Source: Candidatus Eiseniibacteriota bacterium (GTDB taxonomy: Bacteria > Eisenbacteria > RBG-16-71-46 > CAVPCR01). Taken from it: 64,000 bases of DNA. The stretch is taken from assembly GCA_963823555.1 (NCBI GenBank), contig CAWGMA010000002.1:192001-256000 (forward strand), given 5' to 3'. Below are positions 57,447-64,000 of the stretch, in pieces (the stretch's first letter is position 1; each line of letters starts with the position of its first letter). The notes beneath the pieces are model-generated. The model searched no databases and was not told where the DNA came from. It was given only the letters and a program-made list of their open reading frames with translations. Both the position numbers and the translations under genes were made by a program.

Positions 57447-57830
57447 ATGGAGGAGATCACGGCTCCCGCCATCGGGCCGACGATCGGCATCGACCTGGTC
57501 GAGATCGCCCGCGTGCGCCAGGCGCTGGCGCGCCATGGCGACCGATTTCTCGGGCGCCTCTTCACTCCGGACGAGATTGCCTATTGTCTTGCGCGGCATG
57601 ATCCGGCGCCGTCGCTCGCCGCCCGCTTCGCGGCCAAGGAGGCCTGCGCCAAGGCGTTGCCGGTGGGAGCCGCTCCCTCGTGGCGCGAGATCGAGGTCGT
57701 GGTCGGCGATGGGGGCAAACCGGAGCTCCGGCTTGCTCCCCGTCTCGTTGCTCGCCTCGGCGGCCGCCGCGCTTTCGTGAGCCTTAGCCATGCGCGCGAC
57801 CTGGCGATGGCGGCCGTCATCATCACCTGA
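57447..57830 (+). CDS. acpS: Holo-ACP synthase
   Basis: IGIDLVEI.R, FT..E, LAARFAAKEA..KAL, GKP and VSLSH. Confidence 0.95.
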   Translation: MEEITAPAIGPTIGIDLVEIARVRQALARHGDRFLGRLFTPDEIAYCLARHDPAPSLAARFAAKEACAKALPVGAAPSWREIEVVVGDGGKPELRLAPRLVARLGGRRAFVSLSHARDLAMAAVIIT

Positions 57831-57851
57831 GAAGCGAGGAGGTCGAATCCA

Positions 57852-59405
57852 ATGCGACTCGTCACTCGCGACGAGATGCGCGAGCTCGATCGCGCGACGA
57901 TCGAGGAGTACGGCACGCCGGGCCTCGTCCTCATGGAACGGGCCGGTCAGGGGGTGATGCGCGCGATCCAGGCGCGGTATGGCAGCCTGGCCGGATTGCG
58001 TTGTGCCGTCGTCGCGGGCCGGGGCAACAACGGCGGCGACGGTTACGTCGTGGCGCGCCGCCTGCGCGGCCATGGCGCCGATGTCTCGGTGTTCACGACG
58101 GCGTTGCCTGCCGAGCTGTCCGGCGACGCGCATCTCAACTACGCGCGCTACGAGGCACTCGGTGCTCGTGTGCGGCATCTTGCGACTGAGCACGATTTAT
58201 CGCGGCTCGGTGCCGTTCTCGACGATTGCGATCTGGTGGTCGATGCGTTGCTCGGGACCGGGTTCAGAGGCGCGGTGCGCGGCCCGATGGCCCGCGTGAT
58301 CGAGCGGGTGAATGCGTCCCCGGCCTTCGTGATCGCGGTCGACGTGCCGTCGGGTCTGGATGCCGACAGCGGGACCGTGGGCGGCCCGGCCGTGGCGGCC
58401 GATCTGACCGTGACCTTCGGCTGCGCCAAGATCGGTTGCTACGTCGATCCCGGCCGCGGCCTCTGTGGGGACATCGAGGTCGTCGATATCGGGATCGCCG
58501 CCGGGGCCCTGGCCGCGGTTCCGGAAACCTACCAGCTGATCGATGCTGCGGCCGCCGCCCGGCTCTTGCCGCGGCGCGAACCTGCGGACCACAAGGGCCG
58601 CTTCGGGCGGCTCCTCGTCATCGGCGGCTCGGCGGGGCTCACCGGCGCGGTGGCGATGGCGGGGGAGGGGGCGCTCCGCGCCGGCGGCGGGCTCGTCACC
58701 GTCGCCTTGCCGCGAAGCCTGCAAGACACGCTTGCCGCCAAGCTCACCGAGGTGATGACGCTCGCGCTTCCCGAGACCGGACGCCGCACCATCTCGGTGC
58801 GCGCCGTGGACGAGATTCTCGCTGCGGCGGAGCGCGCGGATGCGGTGGCCATCGGCCCGGGGATCTCGCGCGAGCTGGAGACGGCCGAGCTCGTCCGCTA
58901 CATCGTGCACGAACTCGAGAAGCCGATCGTGCTCGACGCCGACGGGTTGAACGCCTTCGAGGGCAGAGCGCCGGAGCTCGCGCGGTCGCGCGCGGAACTC
59001 ATCCTGACGCCGCATGTGGTGGAGATGGCCCGCATTTCCGGTCTCGATCCGCGTGCGGTCGAGACCGAGCGGCTCGACTTGCCCGGGCGCTTCGCCGGCG
59101 AGATCGGACACGTGGTCCTGCTCAAGGGATCGCCGTCGGTGGTCGGCGCCCCTGTCGCCCCGACCGTGCTGTCGAGCCGGGGCAACCCGGGGATGGCGAC
59201 AGCCGGATCGGGGGATGTGCTGACCGGAGTGATCCTCGGTCTTCTCGGGCAGGGACTCGTGCCGCGAGAGGCCGCGGCGCTCGGCATGTTCGTTCATGCG
59301 CGCGCCGGGGACCTGGCTGCCGGGCGTCTGGGGGAACACGGCATGATCGCCGGCGACATCCTGGCCGAGGTCCCGGCCGTGCTCCGCGCCCTCGCCGCCG
59401 GGTGA
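57852..59405 (+). CDS. nnr: Bifunctional NAD(P)HX epimerase/dehydratase
   Basis: LMERAG, GRGNNGGDG, DALLGTG, DVPSG, HKG.FG, DADGLN, LTPH and MATAGSGDVL. Confidence 0.95.
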   Translation: MRLVTRDEMRELDRATIEEYGTPGLVLMERAGQGVMRAIQARYGSLAGLRCAVVAGRGNNGGDGYVVARRLRGHGADVSVFTTALPAELSGDAHLNYARYEALGARVRHLATEHDLSRLGAVLDDCDLVVDALLGTGFRGAVRGPMARVIERVNASPAFVIAVDVPSGLDADSGTVGGPAVAADLTVTFGCAKIGCYVDPGRGLCGDIEVVDIGIAAGALAAVPETYQLIDAAAAARLLPRREPADHKGRFGRLLVIGGSAGLTGAVAMAGEGALRAGGGLVTVALPRSLQDTLAAKLTEVMTLALPETGRRTISVRAVDEILAAAERADAVAIGPGISRELETAELVRYIVHELEKPIVLDADGLNAFEGRAPELARSRAELILTPHVVEMARISGLDPRAVETERLDLPGRFAGEIGHVVLLKGSPSVVGAPVAPTVLSSRGNPGMATAGSGDVLTGVILGLLGQGLVPREAAALGMFVHARAGDLAAGRLGEHGMIAGDILAEVPAVLRALAAG

Positions 59406-59500
59406 CGTCGCGAATCAGGCCCAGTGCAGCCGATCGGCTGTTGATATACAATCCCTTTCCACGATCCGAAACGAAGGGGTCTCGTAGGCGAGGAGTGGCG

Positions 59501-60142
59501 ATGGCGAGCACCGGGCAGATGAAGAAGGAGCTGATCGAGGTTGCGGGACACCTGAGCCGGCTGGGATACCTCGTCGCGGACTGTGGCCTCTTGAGCGCCC
59601 GCGTCGGCGATGAGATCCTCATCACACCGGATGGCGCTCATCGGGCTCGTCTCGACCCCCGGCAGATCGAGTCCGTGCGCCTCGACGGCAAGAGCAAGAC
59701 CGAGATCCGGCCATCATCGGATCTGTGGACCCATCTTGTCATCTATCGCGAACGCGAAGACGTGGGTGCCGTCCTGTTCGCCCAGCCACCCCACGCCACT
59801 GGTTTCGCCGTGGCCGGTGAAGCGCTCGAGGAGCATGTTCTGCCGGAGATGGTTCTCCGTCTCGGACATGTGCCCCTGGTGACCCAGGATGGCCCGGTCG
59901 GCATGGGCGAATCGATCAAGCCGCACCTCGGTGAATCGTCGACCTTCGTGCTGGCCAACCGCGGCGTGATTGCGATCGGTCACGATCTCTGGCAGACGGC
60001 GGCCAGGCTCGAGCTCGTGGAGCACTATGCCCGTGTGCTCCTGCTGGCGCGGACCCTGGGCCGCGTCCGCGAGCTCCCCGAGTCCTTGCTGAGCCGCCTG
60101 GTCGAAACTCGGTTCACCGAGGAAGGCGGACGGAACCGCTGA
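59501..60142 (+). CDS. Class II aldolase/adducin-fold protein lacking the Zn-binding histidines
   Basis: G.LSAR, ILITP.G, PSS...H..IY..R.DV.AV, PPHATGFA and LE.VEHYA. GAGGAG RBS. Confidence 0.8.
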   Translation: MASTGQMKKELIEVAGHLSRLGYLVADCGLLSARVGDEILITPDGAHRARLDPRQIESVRLDGKSKTEIRPSSDLWTHLVIYREREDVGAVLFAQPPHATGFAVAGEALEEHVLPEMVLRLGHVPLVTQDGPVGMGESIKPHLGESSTFVLANRGVIAIGHDLWQTAARLELVEHYARVLLLARTLGRVRELPESLLSRLVETRFTEEGGRNR

Positions 60143-60196
60143 GAGAGAGCCGGGGCGGCCGCTCGTGGGTCCCCGGACAGGAGCCCTCGTCGCTCC

Positions 60197-60225
60197 TTGC
60201 TTCCCGGCCCTTCTCCCTCTAGAAT
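60197..60225 (+). promoter_or_regulatory. Sigma70-type promoter upstream of the mini-ORF/ATPase pair
   Basis: TTGCTT-N17-TAGAAT. Confidence 0.55.
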
Positions 60226-60293
60226 AGCCCCTCTCCTCCGTCCAACCGGGCCGCGCAGGATGCTCGCCGGCCGCTGCTCCAGGAGCCGACACC

Positions 60294-60482
60294 ATGCCCA
60301 TGCTGCACGAGGATCTCCCCCCCATCCGTCCCCCGCGCGAGGAGTTCGAGGGGTTCGTCAGGCGCCGTCTGGCCACTCATCGCCGTCTGCGCGACGAGGG
60401 CGAGGTGATCCGGATCGAAGAGGCCTTGCACCGCGGGCTCGAGCTGCTCGCCGCCGCCGAGGAAGAGCATGATCCTGACTAA
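60294..60482 (+). CDS. Small (62-aa) helical protein coupled to the Rad50-like ATPase
   Basis: AGGAG 8 nt before the ATG, host-like codons, and a 14-nt overlap with the next gene. Confidence 0.6.
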   Translation: MPMLHEDLPPIRPPREEFEGFVRRRLATHRRLRDEGEVIRIEEALHRGLELLAAAEEEHDPD

Positions 60483-63327
60483 GCTCTCCGCGACGAACTT
60501 CATGAAGTTCCGCGAGCTCGAGCTCGATGATCTGCCGCGCACGGGCCTCGTCGGCATTCTCGGCGAGAACGAAGCAGGCAAGAGCACCATCGGCCACGCC
60601 ATCTGCTTCGCGCTGTTCGGGCGCACCGCACACCTGGATCAGGAGAGCCTGACCTCCCTCATCCGATGGGGTGCCGACTTCACCGAAGTCGAGCTGTGTT
60701 TCGAGATCCCCGGCCGTGGTTCATTCCGCGTGTTCCGCGAACTCGACCGCCTGGGAGAGCATCTGGCCCAGCTCGAGGACCTGGACGGTGGTCGTGCCGT
60801 GGGTGGGACCTATCAGGTGGCCTGCGAGCTCAATCAGCTCCTTGGTTACTCCTATGCTGATTTCCGTTCGAGCTTGTTCATGGCTCAGGGTGAGCTCGAT
60901 CAGCCGCGGGAACGCGAAGATCTCGCGGCGTCCATCGATCGCCTGAGCGGCGCACGGCTCTTCCAGCGAGCGGTCGCGCTGTCGAAGCAGCATGTGACCG
61001 AGCTCATGCGGGTGCGCTCCGAGGTGGAGCAGTCCCTGGCTGCCGCGCTCCCGGCCCGCACCACGGGCGCCGCCGCCGAGGAGGCCACGCTGCTCGCCGT
61101 CATCACCGACCACGATCGAGAGCTCGATTCACTCCGCAATCAGCTCGCCGAACGCGAGGCTCACGTCGGGCGGGTCCGGGATCGCCTCCGGCTCCGCGAT
61201 GAGCTGGCCCAGGGCCTCGATCGGCTGGCCGCGATGGCTGGAGCTCGCGACCTGGCGTCGCGGCTGGATCCGCTCCGGACCGCCATCCGTGCCGGCCTGG
61301 CCGCGCTGCCCGCTGAACGTGCCAGCGCCGCGCTGAGGGCGTTGACGGCTCGCGAGAAGCGGGGACGCAGCGAGCATTTCCAGGAGGAACTTGCGCGTTT
61401 TGCCGAGCGGGTCGCCGCGCGGCGCAACGATCTCCAGCGGATGCTCGATCCCGGGCGCAGCGGCAGTGTCGTCGACTACCGGCTGTGCGTGGTTGCAGAG
61501 GCCACGCACTCCGTGCGGCGCGGTCAGCGGTTGGTTCTGATCGGGCTCGTGCTTGCCATCGGCGGCGTGCTGGGCGCCATCCTCACCGGAATCGATCTGC
61601 CATTTCTCAAGGTGGCGCCCGTGTTCGGCAAGAAGATGGCCTATCGTTTTCCGGACTGGATTCCCTACATCGACTTCTTCGCCGCGGTCGTGGGCGTGGC
61701 CCTGACCGGGGCCGGTCTGTGGCAGCGCCGGCTGGGCAGGAAGGCGGCGGCTCGATACGAGCATGAGCTCGCCGAGATCGACGAACGCATCGAGGAGCTC
61801 CAGCACGAGTCGCAATTGCTCATGACACACGATCCCCTGGTCCTGATCCAGCGCGATTCGATCTTCGCGGTGAACGACCCTGGGCTCCGCGAGATGGTCG
61901 CGCGCCTCAAGGGCGAGTACGGGACCATGATCGTCATGGAGGATGCTGCCGAGGTCCAAGCTGGTCCCGAGGCCGGGGAGGAAGTCGAGAAGGAAGAGCA
62001 TCGCTTCCATGATCTCGGCGCTGCCGCCGAGCGGTTGGAGCGCGGCCTGGATCGTCTCGATTCCTGCCGTGACTTGCTGCGCCAGCTGGGGATCGTGGAT
62101 CGCATCGACGTCGAGGAACACGGCGAGGACGCGAGTGAGATCCTGACCATGGCTCCGGCGGACGGGACGGTCCCTCCCGCGAGGGGTGACGATCCCGCCG
62201 CAGGTCGTGAGACCGGAGCGGGGCATGAGCCGATCCCCGCTCTCCTCGATCGCCTCGAGCAATTCGAATCCGAGATGACGGTTGTTCTCCGGCGGCTCGA
62301 GGGTGAGACCGGCGCCACGGCTGTACCCGCGATTGCCGACGTGGCTCTCGAGGTGCTGGGGGAGGAGTCTCTGGCCGAGTCGCCGCTCACCCTTGCCGAG
62401 CGAGCGGTGGCCCTGGAGCGACTTTCCAGGGAGATGGCCGGGAATCAAGCGGTCCACGCCCAGCTCCAGGATCTCGTCGCCCGGGCCGAGGAGGCGGATG
62501 CCCAGGTCGGAGCCGCCAGGTCCCTCTCGCCCGTTGCCAGCGGAGCGCTGGCCCGCGTTGCGGACCGGGCCGACGCCGCCCTTGCAGCCCTGCCCGAGGC
62601 GGAGCCGCTGGCCGACGAGCTGCGCTCGGCCAGCGAAGAGCGAGATGCGCTCGCCCGCCGCATGGGCGCGCTCGAAGGGGATCTTGCCTCATGCCGCGCC
62701 GAGTTCGCCGTCCGGCAGGAGGAGTTCGGACTTCTCCGGCAAGCCCGTGCGGAGACCGACGAGCTCGAATCGCGCCGCCAGGAGCTGGACACCGATCTGG
62801 AGAAGGAGCACCTGGCCGCGAAGCTGCTCGATGGCGCTGCGCAGCAGCTGGGAGGGCGAGTCGTCCCGCACCTCACGCGTGCCATCGGTCGCGCGCTGGG
62901 TCGAATCACGGGCGGACGTTACAGCCGCGTGGAGATCAGTCGCGGGACCCGAGTGCGAGTCTATTCCGACGAGAAGGATGCCTTCGTCGACCCCACCGAG
63001 CTATCGAGTGGGACGCAATCTCAGATCCACCTCGCTGTGCGCCTCGGTTTCGCCGAGGCCCTGCTCTTGGCCAAGGGGCTCAGGGGAGCCCATTTCCTCT
63101 TCCTCGACGAGCCCCTGGGCGGGTTCGATCCGCAGCGGAGCCGCGGGTTCATCGATCTCCTGCGCGAGTTCACGCCGGTATTTCCCCAGATCTTCTTCGC
63201 TGCCGGCGATACCGGTCTGGGGCATGCCTTCGAGCAGGTGGTGGAGGTGAACCATGCAGCCAGCGAGCTCCGTCTGAGTGCGGAGGACGTGGTGGTGCCG
63301 GTAGAGGCGTTCGAGCACCAGACCTGA
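60469..63327 (+). CDS. SbcC/Rad50/YhaN-like SMC-type ATPase with two internal TM helices
   Basis: NFMKF, Walker A GENEAGKST, Q-loop FMAQGE, coiled coils, signature LSSGT and Walker B/D-loop LFLDEPLGGFD. Confidence 0.85.
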   Translation: MILTKLSATNFMKFRELELDDLPRTGLVGILGENEAGKSTIGHAICFALFGRTAHLDQESLTSLIRWGADFTEVELCFEIPGRGSFRVFRELDRLGEHLAQLEDLDGGRAVGGTYQVACELNQLLGYSYADFRSSLFMAQGELDQPREREDLAASIDRLSGARLFQRAVALSKQHVTELMRVRSEVEQSLAAALPARTTGAAAEEATLLAVITDHDRELDSLRNQLAEREAHVGRVRDRLRLRDELAQGLDRLAAMAGARDLASRLDPLRTAIRAGLAALPAERASAALRALTAREKRGRSEHFQEELARFAERVAARRNDLQRMLDPGRSGSVVDYRLCVVAEATHSVRRGQRLVLIGLVLAIGGVLGAILTGIDLPFLKVAPVFGKKMAYRFPDWIPYIDFFAAVVGVALTGAGLWQRRLGRKAAARYEHELAEIDERIEELQHESQLLMTHDPLVLIQRDSIFAVNDPGLREMVARLKGEYGTMIVMEDAAEVQAGPEAGEEVEKEEHRFHDLGAAAERLERGLDRLDSCRDLLRQLGIVDRIDVEEHGEDASEILTMAPADGTVPPARGDDPAAGRETGAGHEPIPALLDRLEQFESEMTVVLRRLEGETGATAVPAIADVALEVLGEESLAESPLTLAERAVALERLSREMAGNQAVHAQLQDLVARAEEADAQVGAARSLSPVASGALARVADRADAALAALPEAEPLADELRSASEERDALARRMGALEGDLASCRAEFAVRQEEFGLLRQARAETDELESRRQELDTDLEKEHLAAKLLDGAAQQLGGRVVPHLTRAIGRALGRITGGRYSRVEISRGTRVRVYSDEKDAFVDPTELSSGTQSQIHLAVRLGFAEALLLAKGLRGAHFLFLDEPLGGFDPQRSRGFIDLLREFTPVFPQIFFAAGDTGLGHAFEQVVEVNHAASELRLSAEDVVVPVEAFEHQT

Positions 63328-63413
63328 GCGCCTGGAGCGGCCCCCCCGCCCCGGAGCGTTCGAGCACTCGAGCGCCGCGGTCCACCTCTGATCGTCAGCG
63401 TTTCAGCCCGTCT

Positions 63414-64000
63414 CTATTCCTCATCGAGTCCGTCCAGGATCCGGCAGTAGCTCGTGTAACGGCGAGACGAGATGATGCCGGCCGTCACCGCTTCCTTGAC
63501 GGCGCAATCCGGCTCGTGGCTGTGCGTGCAGTTCGCGAACCGGCATCGAGAGCGCAGTGCGAACATCTCGGGGAAGTGGCGATCGAGCTCGAGCGGGTCC
63601 GTTTCCCACAGGGTGTAGGCGCGGATCCCCGGGGTGTCGATGACGAAGCCGCCCTCCGCAAGCGGCAGCAGACTCGAATACGTCGTCGTGTGCCGTCCCT
63701 TTCCGGTGGCAGCGGAGATCTCCCCCGAATGGAGTTCGAGTCCGGGTTCGACGGCATTCAAGAGCGCTGATTTCCCCACGCCGGACTTTCCCGCGAAGAC
63801 GCTGGTTCGCCCGGCAAGTTGCCGGCGGAGGGCCTCGATCCCTGTGCCCGTCGCCGCGCTCGTCCAGAGAACCGGGATGCCGAGGGAGAGATAGGGTTCG
63901 ACCTCGGGCTCGGCCGCGGCACGATCCCCGAGGTCGACCTTGTTGATGCAGATCGCCGGGGCCAGGCCGCCGCGGCCCGCGGCCACCAGGTAGCGGTCGA
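63414..64000 (-). CDS. rsgA: Ribosome small subunit-dependent GTPase A, 5' end outside the window
   Basis: NKVDL, GKSGVGKS, GKGRHTTT, DTPG and the Zn finger CRFANCTHSHEPDC. Confidence 0.95.
   Translation of the reverse strand, partial: DRYLVAAGRGGLAPAICINKVDLGDRAAAEPEVEPYLSLGIPVLWTSAATGTGIEALRRQLAGRTSVFAGKSGVGKSALLNAVEPGLELHSGEISAATGKGRHTTTYSSLLPLAEGGFVIDTPGIRAYTLWETDPLELDRHFPEMFALRSRCRFANCTHSHEPDCAVKEAVTAGIISSRRYTSYCRILDGLDEE

Noticed and set aside
60469..63327. Wadjet/Lamassu-type SMC defence system
   Set aside because: No kleisin, KITE, JetD or effector genes are adjacent.

Overview
A GC-rich bacterial chromosomal segment with about 40 protein-coding genes. I found no rRNA, tRNA, CRISPR array, transposase or integrase. 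Several secreted proteins end in a PNPF(N)P-type FlgD-Ig tail, and there is a DUF4159/DUF4175/TPR cluster; together these suggest a diderm FCB-related candidate-phylum organism such as Eisenbacteria, Krumholzibacteria or Latescibacteria (inference only). In order: tamB and an LprI-MliC gene; a sulfatase/anaerobic maturase operon; fused NfnAB with a Cys-rich ferritin-like partner; a GlpD-like oxidoreductase with one frameshift; a 15-kb cluster of secreted cohesin-like/dockerin-like FlgD-tail proteins, including a ~10.6-kb giant gene broken by a patch of indels that is probably sequencing error; ECH, AtoE, a PLP decarboxylase, DinB and DUF2207; a compositionally distinct block with non-coding repeats, a beta-propeller lipoprotein and a SARP-STAND-TPR regulator; ArnT-like GT, APC permease, peroxiredoxin and pyrE; the DUF4159 cluster; a Zn-ribbon/HAD/DinB/DUF2723 operon; a four-gene cyclic-nucleotide module; acpS, nnr, a degenerate class II aldolase, a mini-ORF with a membrane-anchored Rad50-like ATPase; and partial rsgA. 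The best candidate for an undescribed system is 53925-57431: a flavin oxidoreductase, a stand-alone cNMP receptor, an FHA-fused class III cyclase with non-canonical specificity residues, and a class II phosphodiesterase. Next are the nuclease-less Rad50-like pair and the cohesin/dockerin-like cluster. All family assignments come from motif recognition by eye, not database searches.
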